A DNA stretch of 64,000 nucleotides from a virus (Duplodnaviria > Caudoviricetes). Made by a program: the position numbers and the translations under genes. Position 1 is the stretch's first letter. Each line of letters starts with the position of its first letter. Location: positions 8,594-72,593 of IMG/VR virus record IMGVR_UViG_3300038443_001477. One strand, 5' to 3'. Positions 33,100-41,677 of the stretch are shown here, one piece after another. Below the pieces are notes generated by a model that was not told where the DNA came from, made no database searches, and saw only the letters and a list, made by a program, of their open reading frames with translations.

Positions 33100-34137
33100 T
33101 CAGGCCTCCGTGAGGATTTTGTAGGCCTCCTGCTTAAAGCCGTTGCCCCGGCCGAACCAAGCGCTATCCAGGCGCGTGTCGGGGGTGCGGCCCATCTCGT
33201 GATCCACGTGCTCGGTGATGGCGTTGAAAAGGCCCCAGCGCGTGCCCTTGGAGGTCGCGAGATCAGCGCCCCGGCCCTCGCCCTGGAAGAGGCTCAGGAT
33301 GCGGCCGACGCTGCGGCTATCTGTGGGCTGCTCCTCCTCGGCGCCGCCCGCGTCGATGCCCAGCCAGGAGAGGTCGAGCTTAGGCTTCCGCTGCTTCTCC
33401 TTCTTGCTGCTGTCGCAGAGGATGCGCGTGAGGAATTCGCGGGCCTCGTCGAGGGTGACCGGGGTCTCCGCCATCTCGCGGGCCGACTCCATGAAGGCGG
33501 CGAAGCTCTTTTGCGCCGCCTCGACGCCGAGCTCCTTCTTGATGTAGGAGCTGTCGAAGCTGGAGCGATGCGAGAGCCGTACCATCGCCTGGGAGCCACC
33601 CTCCAGGGCTTGCCGGAAGGTGTTAGCACAGACGACTCGCACGTTGGTCAGAGCGCCCGTCGTCTGCATGCTGCCATCCAGGCTCGTCGCGAGGAGGAGG
33701 TTGAGGGCGACGCTGTCCTTATGCCCCTTCACGAAGCGCTGGGCGTCCTCACAGGTCGCCATGACCCAGAGCTTGCGGCCGCCGCGCATCGTGCCCGCGG
33801 TGTGGATGTGCCAGCCGCCGCCCTCGGTGAACTCCCGAAAGAACTCAAGGATCTCTCGGGGCTGGTGCGGCTGGTAGCCGCTGCCCACGATGGCGAGAGG
33901 CGCGTCGTTGTCCGAGCGATAGAGGGCCTTGTAGTCGTCGAAATAGATGGCGTCGTTGTCGGGGTGGCCGATGAGGGGAACCCCCTCTCTCGCCTCCCAG
34001 TCCATGCCGGCCTCCTTCGCCCACACGCCGATGGAGGCGCCCTTGGTGACGTTCTGGCCCAGGCCATGCCAGGGCGTCTCACCGACGAAGGCCATCTCAT
34101 AGCGGCCATCGTGGCGTAGGGTCAGTTCGTGTGCCAT
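33100..34137 (-). CDS. DUF932 family protein
   Basis: MAFVGETPWHGLG, AGTMRGGRKLW, LLATSLDGS, VRVVCANT and GTRWGLFNAITEHVDH motifs. Confidence 0.88.
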   Translation of the reverse strand: MAHELTLRHDGRYEMAFVGETPWHGLGQNVTKGASIGVWAKEAGMDWEAREGVPLIGHPDNDAIYFDDYKALYRSDNDAPLAIVGSGYQPHQPREILEFFREFTEGGGWHIHTAGTMRGGRKLWVMATCEDAQRFVKGHKDSVALNLLLATSLDGSMQTTGALTNVRVVCANTFRQALEGGSQAMVRLSHRSSFDSSYIKKELGVEAAQKSFAAFMESAREMAETPVTLDEAREFLTRILCDSSKKEKQRKPKLDLSWLGIDAGGAEEEQPTDSRSVGRILSLFQGEGRGADLATSKGTRWGLFNAITEHVDHEMGRTPDTRLDSAWFGRGNGFKQEAYKILTEA

Positions 34138-34160
34138 GTTGAATCCTCTGTGTATCTAGG

Positions 34161-34508
34161 TTACTGGCCCGGCCTGGGCCGGGGCTGATGCAGGACGTCC
34201 TCGTAGAGCGCGGTCTCCGTCATCTCGACAAGCGTGTTACGCGCCTGCTCCTCGGGCATGCCATCGCGGCGGAGGTAGCCGTAGAAGGGGTCTCCGCACA
34301 TGCTCACCATGAAGTGCTTGACGATGCGCTCCTCCTTCACGCCCTGGCGCATGATGGCCCGCGCCGCATCGCCGAGGCACTGCCGGGTGCGCACGTAGAG
34401 GCCGATGACGGTGCGCTGGCGAGCCTCCAGTGCGGGGTCGTAGGGCAGGTCGGCGGCCTGGGCAGAGATGGTGGCGGCGAGGATCGCCAGGGTGAAGGCA
34501 GAGCGCAT
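34161..34508 (-). CDS. Exported hypothetical protein
   Basis: Sec-type signal peptide MRSAFTLAILAATISAQA. Confidence 0.55.
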   Translation of the reverse strand: MRSAFTLAILAATISAQAADLPYDPALEARQRTVIGLYVRTRQCLGDAARAIMRQGVKEERIVKHFMVSMCGDPFYGYLRRDGMPEEQARNTLVEMTETALYEDVLHQPRPRPGQ

Positions 34509-34521
34509 GATTGGTGTCTCT

Positions 34522-35559
34522 CTAGAAGTCGAGATGGGTCTTGACGCCGGCAGCGGCGCGGAGTGCCATGATCGCGCCGAAGGTGGCGGCCAGGGCGAGC
34601 TTGTCCTCCTTTTCGACCCACTTGCGGAGGTCGTCCATCGGGATGTCTTCGGGCTTGTTGTTGTTCTTGAGGAGCTTCTTCAGGTGCTTCGCCATGGAGA
34701 GCCCCAGGTCGTTGAGTTCCTGGTCACTCAAGGCGCGGAGCTTGATCGTGCGGCCCTTCTTCGCGGCCTTGGCGGCACGCACGTCATGCAGCCCCTTCTG
34801 GAGCGCGGAGCGGGCCTTCTTGTCGCCTTTCTTGGCGGCCTTCGCCTGGGCGACCAGCTTCTTCTGCGTCGCCTTGTCCCCCTTGGCGATCTTGGCGATG
34901 TGCTTGGCATCCATCTTCGACACCTCGCCCTTCTGCGCCGCCTCCTGCACCTCCGGGTCGGCCTCCAGGAGTGCGAGCATCTCGGTCACGTGGGGATGCG
35001 CGCGGCCGACGGCCTCGCAGATCTCCTGAATCGTCATGCCCTCCACGCCCTCGTCGGGGAATCCATCCTTCAGGCGCTTGTAGGCGGCAGCCTCTTCCAT
35101 GGGGAGGAGCGGCTTCTGGCTGTTCTCCACGAACATCTGGATGGTGGAGTGGCGGATGTCCTGCTTCTTGTCGACGATCTTCGCCGGCACACCGACAGGG
35201 AACTCGACCCCCTTCTTCCGCAGCAAGCGCAGAGCGAGGGTGCGGCGGTGCCCCCAGACGACAGCAAAGTGCTTCTTCCCGCCTTCGGCCAGCGGGTGGT
35301 CGGCGGGGATGCGACGCACCCCGAGCTGCTCCAGCAGGCCGCCGCCGCTGGGATCGCGCTTCAGCTCGGCGTGGATCATCTCGGCGAGGCCCTCGACATC
35401 GCCCATGTCCCAGCGAATGTTCCAGGCGGGGTCGATGGCGATGGTGTCAGGGTCGATGAAGAAGGCGGAGGTGCGCTTCGTGACGCCGGGGCCTACGTCG
35501 CTCTTGCGAGTGGCTGGCGATTCAGTGGGAGCGACAGCGGTGGCGCTGGCTTCGGTCAT
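34522..35559 (-). CDS. ParB/Spo0J-like protein
   Basis: N-I-R motif, VVWGHRRTLAL ParB box, EN-x-x-x-x-x-L-x-P-x-EEA and an HTH (TIQEICEAVGR). Confidence 0.75.
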   Translation of the reverse strand: MTEASATAVAPTESPATRKSDVGPGVTKRTSAFFIDPDTIAIDPAWNIRWDMGDVEGLAEMIHAELKRDPSGGGLLEQLGVRRIPADHPLAEGGKKHFAVVWGHRRTLALRLLRKKGVEFPVGVPAKIVDKKQDIRHSTIQMFVENSQKPLLPMEEAAAYKRLKDGFPDEGVEGMTIQEICEAVGRAHPHVTEMLALLEADPEVQEAAQKGEVSKMDAKHIAKIAKGDKATQKKLVAQAKAAKKGDKKARSALQKGLHDVRAAKAAKKGRTIKLRALSDQELNDLGLSMAKHLKKLLKNNNKPEDIPMDDLRKWVEKEDKLALAATFGAIMALRAAAGVKTHLDF

Positions 35560-35649
35560 TTTGAATCTCCTAAGGGTTGGTGTTGTTGACGGGGCCCATC
35601 TGCACCCATCCCGAAGCCCCGGCGCGCGGAGCTTCTGCGGATGGAGGCG

Positions 35650-35976
35650 TCAGGCCTTGAAGCCGAAGGCCTTACCCAACGTCTGCATCGCGTTCAGAAT
35701 GGTGCCGTAATCCTGAAGATCGGCGTCCATCTCGCGCTGCCGCTCGGCCACGCGCTCCAGGGTCGTCTTCAGGGCGTCCAGATAATTCGCCAGCTTCTCC
35801 AGGGCCTTCTCGTCGCTGTCATCCTCCTTGATGTAGGGGAGCGGGCCGAGGGCGGAGCTGTAGGGCATGGCGGACATGCACTGATTGATGAGGGAGCGGG
35901 CGCTGGGGGCCTGCTCCTCGGCCTTCGGCGGCTTCAGGGCGGAGAGGCTGGCGGAACTACTGCGGGGCTTGCTCAT
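35650..35976 (-). CDS. Hypothetical coiled-coil protein
   Basis: 108 aa with a GGAG RBS. Confidence 0.6.
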   Translation of the reverse strand: MSKPRSSSASLSALKPPKAEEQAPSARSLINQCMSAMPYSSALGPLPYIKEDDSDEKALEKLANYLDALKTTLERVAERQREMDADLQDYGTILNAMQTLGKAFGFKA

Positions 35977-36000
35977 GTGATTACTCCTGGGTGGGTTGTG

Positions 36001-36357
36001 TTAGAAAGGCTGCATGCCGGCGGCGATGCAGGCCCGCCAGAGGTCGCGAGCGTGTGCGATCTTCATGGCCCCGGAGGGCTCGTGCTCGCAACGCCAGTTG
36101 GTCGAGCGCACCCAGACGACGTCGGAGCGGCCCTTGATCCCCGTGAAGCTGATCCGCAGGGGCCTGCACGCGAACTCCTGCGGGTAAAAGAGCCCGAAGC
36201 TGTGGCCCTCGATAAGCTCCACCGAGCCCAGGCGAAGCCCGGGGTCATTGCTGTAGGCCTCGGGCCAGTAGTAAGGAATCGCGCGGCGCAGGATGTGGTC
36301 GGCGTCGTTGAAGCCCCGGCGCGAGGGCACGGCCGGCTGCGGCTTGGGCGTGTTCAT
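36001..36357 (-). CDS. Hypothetical early protein
   Basis: Start MNTPKPQ at 36357, ATGA-coupled. Confidence 0.55.
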   Translation of the reverse strand: MNTPKPQPAVPSRRGFNDADHILRRAIPYYWPEAYSNDPGLRLGSVELIEGHSFGLFYPQEFACRPLRISFTGIKGRSDVVWVRSTNWRCEHEPSGAMKIAHARDLWRACIAAGMQPF

Positions 36358-36803
36358 GCTTGCTCCTTGGAAGCCAGGAAGGCCTCGTAGACGGCCCGCT
36401 CCGCTGCGATTTCGGCGCGGAGCTCGGAGTCCAGCGGGTGCCTGCCAGCCATGTCGTTCAGCGCCTTCTCCAGCGTGGCGCAGGTCTGCAGTCGATCGCG
36501 GGCCGTGTCCTGGCCCCAGGTAGAGCCGGGCTCGGCGAGCGCACTCGTCTCCAGCTTCTCGAGTTCCTCCAGGGAGGCGGAGCCCGTGTCCTCGTATTCG
36601 CGTTGCGCTGCGATGTCGTTGGCCTGCCCGATGAAGCACCTGAGGGCATCGCTCCAGCGGAGCCCATAGACCCCCAGGGAGAAGTGGCCCAGGCGCACGA
36701 TCAGATCGGCGGGGCGCTGCTTCATCTTGTAGTGCATGAATTGGGTCGGGGTCAGGCTGAGGGTGCCATCCGTCAGCGTGTAGGCCGGGAGCTTCTTCGC
36801 CAT
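36354..36803 (-). CDS. Hypothetical early protein
   Basis: 149 aa with an AAGGAG RBS. Confidence 0.6.
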   Translation of the reverse strand: MAKKLPAYTLTDGTLSLTPTQFMHYKMKQRPADLIVRLGHFSLGVYGLRWSDALRCFIGQANDIAAQREYEDTGSASLEELEKLETSALAEPGSTWGQDTARDRLQTCATLEKALNDMAGRHPLDSELRAEIAAERAVYEAFLASKEQA

Positions 36804-36828
36804 ATTTAGGTTCTCCTTAAGGTGAGTC

Positions 36829-36865
36829 GCATCTCTGAGCCGCCCGCGGTGGCAGGGGCTCAGGG
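36829..36865 (-). repeat. Conserved leader hairpin, copy 1 (CCCTGAGCC...GGCTCAGAGATGC)
   Basis: Same stem and 3' flank as 38449-38480. Confidence 0.65.
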
Positions 36866-36873
36866 ATGGGTTC

Positions 36874-37122
36874 TCAGAGCGTCAGAGCTTGGCGGGTGCT
36901 GATCTCGCGCTCGATGTCCGTCACGCGGAGGTCGGCGAACTCGGCTTGTTGCTTCCAGTAGCGGAGGCAGCCCTCAGCATCGGCCTTGGCGTCCTGGGTG
37001 CGGGCCAACTCAGAGCGGAGGCTGAAGGCGTGGGAGTTGTTGTGGGCGCGGCGAGCATCGTGTTCGGCGCGGAGAAGCTCGCATTCGAGTTCGTGGCGGG
37101 TCATGTCGGAAAGGGCAGCCAT
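36874..37122 (-). CDS. Hypothetical early protein
   Basis: 82 aa; first gene after the promoter at 37171-37200; AAAGGAG RBS. Confidence 0.65.
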   Translation of the reverse strand: MAALSDMTRHELECELLRAEHDARRAHNNSHAFSLRSELARTQDAKADAEGCLRYWKQQAEFADLRVTDIEREISTRQALTL

Positions 37123-37138
37123 GTGTATCTCCTTTGGC

Positions 37139-37200
37139 GCTCAGCGGAGGAATTCCGGTGGCGTGGCTAGATTATAGATAGATTCTGAACGCCCGTGCAA
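37139..37200 (-). promoter_or_regulatory. Sigma70-type early promoter with conserved 24-nt leader
   Basis: TTGCAC (37200-37195), 18 bp spacer, TATAAT (37176-37171); leader repeat at 37139-37162. Confidence 0.75.
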
Positions 37201-37393
37201 TGCGAAAGAGGCGGCGCTTAGACCGCCGTTTATCGGATTCTCTTTACCTAGTCCTTCTTGGGCTTCTTCTCCGGAGGGAGGTTCCTGACAAGGCCCCGGC
37301 CCGGCACGATGCTCTCCCGGAAGGGCCAGGGATGCGGGAGCCGGCGCGTGGGCATCTTCGGCGGCTCCTGGGGCTCGGCAGGCTTCTTCTCCA

Positions 37394-37849
37394 TCACGCC
37401 GGCAACTCCTCGCGCCGGCACGCCTCGAACTCGCGCTGTACCGCGTCCTTCAGCGCGAGGAGATCGGCCATGCTGGAGGAAGGCATCCAGGGACCCGCCT
37501 GCGCCTCCCGGTAGCGGGCCCAGGCCGCCTCCAGGCGCTCCAGGCGGGCCTCGGTGATGCTCTCGCGGAGCACGAGCTGGCAGACCTCGTCGGGCCGCAC
37601 GTAGATGTAGGCGCCGGGCACATAGCGGCCCATGATGCGCTGGAGCGGGGAGCCCTCGCCGAGGCCCAGCGGAATCTCCTTCCCCAGGAGGCTCTCCGCC
37701 TCGTCGGCCGCCTGCTGCGCCGCCTCACGCTGCACGGGATTCCAGGCCACCCCCGCCGCGAGGCAGGAGCGCAGCCAGCGCATGCAGTTGGTCAGGGGCT
37801 TGTTGCCCGTGGGGGCGAAGTCGAGATCGCTGAGTTTCATGTTGGTCAT
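37394..37849 (-). CDS. Hypothetical protein
   Basis: 151 aa with an AGAGGA RBS. Confidence 0.55.
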   Translation of the reverse strand: MTNMKLSDLDFAPTGNKPLTNCMRWLRSCLAAGVAWNPVQREAAQQAADEAESLLGKEIPLGLGEGSPLQRIMGRYVPGAYIYVRPDEVCQLVLRESITEARLERLEAAWARYREAQAGPWMPSSSMADLLALKDAVQREFEACRREELPA

Positions 37850-38051
37850 CCTCTGAAGATGGCGGGGATGAGGCGCCCCGCCGGGCGCCTTCTTGGTTAG
37901 CGGCGGCCCAGGAGCCGCTCGTAGTGGGCGATGCGCTGGCCGCAGTAAGCGGCGGCGGGGTGCAGGGGCCGGACAAGCCCCTGGGGCCCTGTGGCCCAGC
38001 GAAAGAACGCCAGGGCGAGCCAGTAGGAGAGGGGTGCGAAGAGTCGCATCA

Positions 38052-38405
38052 TCACGCCCGGAACTCCTTCTTCGGCTGGAGCGTCAGGCCGCCCATGGGC
38101 ATCTCCTGCCACTCCAGGCCCAGGTCGTCGAGGAGTTCACACCCGACTTGCTCGCGGAATTCCGGCGATGAGAAGCTCAGGGCCCAGGCGACCACCGCCA
38201 CGACCTCCTCGTCGACTTCGCGCTTCCCCATGCGAAGCAGCAGGGAGGAACTGGGCTTGCTGGGACCCCCGCCATGCTTGTCGAGCTTCTGAATGATCGG
38301 GGGCTTGTAGGAGTTGAAGGCCGGCTTCTTGGCGGGCGTGAGTTGGGGCAGTGACTTCATGCAGTGCGGGCACTGGAGAGCCGGAGTCGTCTTGCGGGTG
38401 CTCAT
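38052..38405 (-). CDS. Hypothetical protein with N-terminal CxxC
   Basis: CPHC motif; co-oriented early cluster. Confidence 0.5.
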   Translation of the reverse strand: MSTRKTTPALQCPHCMKSLPQLTPAKKPAFNSYKPPIIQKLDKHGGGPSKPSSSLLLRMGKREVDEEVVAVVAWALSFSSPEFREQVGCELLDDLGLEWQEMPMGGLTLQPKKEFRA

Positions 38406-38448
38406 CGTGCTAAGCCTTTCGGGTTGAATTGATGGGCGATGCGGGAGC

Positions 38449-38480
38449 GCATCTCTGAGCCCTCCAGGGAAGGCTCAGGG
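38449..38480 (-). repeat. Conserved leader hairpin, copy 2
   Basis: GCATCTCTGAGCC...GGCTCAGGG on the plus strand, as at 36829-36865. Confidence 0.65.
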
Positions 38481-38488
38481 CGGAGCTC

Positions 38489-38860
38489 TTAGTCGCAGAT
38501 GGAGGCGCGGCAGGTGCAGCGCACGACTTTGCGTTCGGCGTCGATGGCGTCGAGGGACCACGTCGCTCCCTCACCCGCGAAGCCCGTGGCCGTGCTGGCG
38601 GCCCAGAAGAAGGCATTGAGGCGCTTGGTGCTCTCCTCGCTGATCTCGCCGGAGAAGGGAATCTCGTAGGTGGCGTAGTCGGCGTAGGCCTCTTGCTTGT
38701 AGCCCGTGCTCACGGCCTGGGCGAGATGGAGGCGGGCGGAGCCGGCGGGCGTGTAGGGGTGGCGGAACCACTTGTTGCTGTCGCCGAGGAAGCGCTGGCC
38801 CCGGCGGGCGGCGGCCCAGAGGCCGCGAAGGTCGGTGGTCTTGGAAGCGGTGGCGTTCAT
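38489..38860 (-). CDS. Hypothetical early protein
   Basis: Start MNATASK at 38860 with a CAGGAG RBS; first gene after the promoter. Confidence 0.65.
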   Translation of the reverse strand: MNATASKTTDLRGLWAAARRGQRFLGDSNKWFRHPYTPAGSARLHLAQAVSTGYKQEAYADYATYEIPFSGEISEESTKRLNAFFWAASTATGFAGEGATWSLDAIDAERKVVRCTCRASICD

Positions 38861-38875
38861 CTGTTTCTCCTGGGT

Positions 38876-38938
38876 GCTCAGCGGAGGGATTCCGGTGGCA
38901 TGTGGGGATTCTAGCATAGTCTATACATAGACTTTCAA
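38876..38938 (-). promoter_or_regulatory. Sigma70-type early promoter with operator-like palindrome and 24-nt leader
   Basis: TTGAAA (38938-38933), extended -10 TGcTAGAAT (hexamer 38913-38908), and palindrome AGTCTAT-AC-ATAGACT at 38918-38933. Confidence 0.65.
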
Positions 38939-38961
38939 CGTCCGTTTATCGGCGCGGAGCC

Positions 38962-39222
38962 CTAGGGAAGCCGCCTACGCCGAGCCTCCAGCAGATCGCG
39001 CCGCCGGAACTCCTCCGCCGAGGGCCGCGCCACGAACCAGGAAGAGGCCCCGGCCTCGATCATCAGGAGCCGCCACATCTCCCGCTCCCATACGGCCCGA
39101 TAGGGCTGGCTCTTCTCCCGGCGAGCCTTCCACCAGTAGCGGCGGGCCTCCTTCAGCCAGACGCTCTCGTCCAGGGATGCCACCGGAGCCTGGGCGCGCA
39201 TCTGGGCTTGGCTCCTATTCAT
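38962..39222 (-). CDS. Hypothetical basic protein
   Basis: MNRSQAQ start overlapping the upstream stop. Confidence 0.45.
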   Translation of the reverse strand: MNRSQAQMRAQAPVASLDESVWLKEARRYWWKARREKSQPYRAVWEREMWRLLMIEAGASSWFVARPSAEEFRRRDLLEARRRRLP

Positions 39223-39898
39223 GGCGGCCCTCCCTGAACATGTGCTGCGCCACATAGAGAAGCATCTTGGAGCGGCCGTAGCCCGGCAACTCCTGGTCGA
39301 CGATCGCAGCCAAGTCGGCCGTGTTGTTGGCGATGAGCTTCGGGCCTAGTGGAATTCCGGAGTGGCGCGCGAGTTTCTGGCAGCGCGCCACCAATAACTT
39401 GGCGAGGAGCCGCATGACGGCCAACCGCTCCGCTACCAAGAGTTCGGCGAGGCCGGAGCCCCGCATAAAACTCTCCACTGGCGCCCAAGCCGTAGGAGCC
39501 CCTAGTAGCCTCCGGAAGACCAGGGGGCCCGCCATCCCCCCACCCCCCACCCCGAGAGCCTCCTGTGCGGCCGTGTAAACGCTACTAGCCCAGGCCTCAA
39601 GCTCGCGGTCGGCTGGCTTTTGGCCCTGGAAGCGCAAGGCGAGGGCGTCGTAGAGGGCTTTTTGGTTGGCAGCCGACATCCGGTCGACAACGGCAAGGGC
39701 TTCCTCCACCCCCACCCCTTCCTTGTCGGTGAATTCGTTCAAGAGTTCGGCGAGCCTGTGCAACAAGCCAATCCTCCCTCCCCCTCCTCCCCCTCTATAG
39801 AGGGGGGAGGGGGGAGGGGGTGGTTTAGCAGCGCTTAGGTTAGCAGTAGGTAAGCTAGGCTGCCTGTAGCCAGTTAATTTAACACGCGGCTTCGTCAC
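39215..39898 (-). CDS. Hypothetical protein
   Basis: 227 aa with an AAGGAG RBS. Confidence 0.55.
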   Translation of the reverse strand: MTKPRVKLTGYRQPSLPTANLSAAKPPPPPSPLYRGGGGGGRIGLLHRLAELLNEFTDKEGVGVEEALAVVDRMSAANQKALYDALALRFQGQKPADRELEAWASSVYTAAQEALGVGGGGMAGPLVFRRLLGAPTAWAPVESFMRGSGLAELLVAERLAVMRLLAKLLVARCQKLARHSGIPLGPKLIANNTADLAAIVDQELPGYGRSKMLLYVAQHMFREGRHE

Positions 39899-39950
39899 GG
39901 GCTTCTCCTTGCCTTAGTAGAGTGCGGCGCGGGGCCTCAGTTAATTTAGG

Positions 39951-40349
39951 TTAGATGCCCTTGGATCGCGTGTAGGCGCGCTCGTACTGCGCCGGCTGGG
40001 CGGCCCTCGGCTTGTTACTGGGGGCCTTCTTGGCGGCCTTGGTAACGATCGCCTTGGGCTTACTGGGAGCCGCGTCAGCGGCCTTCGGCTTCGGCCCCGG
40101 CCTCTTCTTGAGCCCGGCGAGGCCGCCCTGTTCCAAATAGGTTACGGGGTCCATGCGGAGCTCGATGCCGTTATCACGCGCCCACTTCCGGAAGGCGGCC
40201 GGCGGGCAGCTCACGCCGCCCCTCTCGTCCACCGCGCACGGCAAGGGAGCCGTCTTCCTGGCGGGGCCCTTGCGCCAGTTGTAGACGGTCATCGGGGTGA
40301 CATCGGCGAGATAGCAGAGGTCGGGAATCTTGAGCTTCTTGGCGGTCAT
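39951..40349 (-). CDS. HTH DNA-binding protein (Cro/excisionase-like)
   Basis: IPDLCYLADVTPMTVYNWRKG HTH and a Lys/Pro/Ala-rich tail; first gene from the divergent control region. Confidence 0.65.
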   Translation of the reverse strand: MTAKKLKIPDLCYLADVTPMTVYNWRKGPARKTAPLPCAVDERGGVSCPPAAFRKWARDNGIELRMDPVTYLEQGGLAGLKKRPGPKPKAADAAPSKPKAIVTKAAKKAPSNKPRAAQPAQYERAYTRSKGI

Positions 40350-40384
40350 GTAATGCGCTCCTTGGGAGGGTTGGTGGTAGGGAG

Positions 40385-40441
40385 ATTATACCAAGACTTT
40401 CGGGGCCTCCCCTCGGCATTTAGGAGGGTCCGGGTATAGCT
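40385..40441. promoter_or_regulatory. Divergent promoter region
   Basis: Leftward TGGTATAAT extended -10 (TATAAT core at 40385-40390) and rightward GGTATAGCT (40433-40441). Confidence 0.6.
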
Positions 40442-40475
40442 GGCGGGCATTCCCTATCTTTTCAGGAGAGCAGCC

Positions 40476-41213
40476 ATGTTCGGGCAAAACCCTATCCGCA
40501 GCGCCGACGCCGACCCGAATCGGATCAGCGTGCAATCCGCCTTCTACACCATCCAGGGCGAGGGCCCCCAGGCGGGCCGACCTGCGTTATTCGTGCGGCT
40601 CGCCGGCTGCAACCTCGCTTGCTGGTTCTGTGACACCGAGTTCGAGAAGCCAACCTTCAACGGCGCCCCGCAGGATCTGGCCGCCTGCCTGGAACGCGAC
40701 TTCAGCCCCCAGCAGCGGGAGTTGGTGGTGCTCACCGGGGGCGAACCCCTGCGGCAACAAGGTGCGCTCCTGCTGATCGCTCATCTCCTGGCCGCCGGCA
40801 CCAAGCTCGTCCAGATCGAGACCGCGGGGACGCTCTGGCTCCAGGGCCTGGAGCGCTATGTCGAGGAGGGCCTCGTCCAGATCGTGTGCAGCCCGAAGAC
40901 CCCGCGCATCAACATCAATATCGCCGTCTACTGCCAGCACTGGAAGTACATCGTGCGCAGCGGCGAGGCCAGCCACTTCGATGGGCTCCCCCGGCGCGGC
41001 ACCCAACTCGCCACCAAGGACAAGCTCTCCGAACTCTTCCGGCCGCGCCCGGTCGACGGCAAGTGGTCGAGCCCGTACACAATCTGGCTCTCCCCCTGCG
41101 ACGAGCAGGACCCGGCGAAGAACGCCGCCAATGCCCACGAGGCCGCCCTCCTGTGCATGAAGTACGGCTACCGCCTGAGCATCCAAATGCACAAATTGGT
41201 CGGGGTGGAGTGA
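40476..41213 (+). CDS. queE: 7-carboxy-7-deazaguanine synthase (radical SAM)
   Basis: FYTIQGEG, FVRLAGCNLACWFCDTEF, VVLTGGEPL, IETAGT and LSIQMHK motifs. Confidence 0.92.
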   Translation: MFGQNPIRSADADPNRISVQSAFYTIQGEGPQAGRPALFVRLAGCNLACWFCDTEFEKPTFNGAPQDLAACLERDFSPQQRELVVLTGGEPLRQQGALLLIAHLLAAGTKLVQIETAGTLWLQGLERYVEEGLVQIVCSPKTPRININIAVYCQHWKYIVRSGEASHFDGLPRRGTQLATKDKLSELFRPRPVDGKWSSPYTIWLSPCDEQDPAKNAANAHEAALLCMKYGYRLSIQMHKLVGVE

Positions 41214-41677
41214 TGCGCTTCTTCAAGCTGGCCGCCTACCAACCCGGCTCCGACGTGCTCGTGGGCTACCGCAAACACAACAAGCTCGTCACCCGGGGCG
41301 AGCGCCTGACCGTCTACTCCTCCGCCTGCGACTCCGCCAAGGGTCTCGCCAGCGCGCAGAAGCGGTGGCCGGAATATGACTGGAAGCTGGAACCCTGGTC
41401 CTCGCGCTCCGAGGACAGCGCGAAGGCCGTCCAGCCGCCGAAGATGTACTTCACGCGGACCGAGGTCTGGGAGATGATTCTCAAGGAGCGCGCCTTCTGC
41501 GCCCGCGTCTGCGAGGATGAGGAGCGCATCCGCAGCGCCGCCGGGCAAAAGCATCCCGAGGAATCCCAAGAGCGGAGCCGCTGCTTCGCCGGGGCCCGAG
41601 CCGCCATCAACTGCGCCCTCGGCATCCGTAGCGAGCGAGCGAAGAGCCTGGAGGAGTTCGAGTGCGAACGCTTCTAG
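41213..41677 (+). CDS. Hypothetical protein
   Basis: ATG at 41213 overlaps the queE stop (TGATG); 154 aa. Confidence 0.55.
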   Translation: MRFFKLAAYQPGSDVLVGYRKHNKLVTRGERLTVYSSACDSAKGLASAQKRWPEYDWKLEPWSSRSEDSAKAVQPPKMYFTRTEVWEMILKERAFCARVCEDEERIRSAAGQKHPEESQERSRCFAGARAAINCALGIRSERAKSLEEFECERF

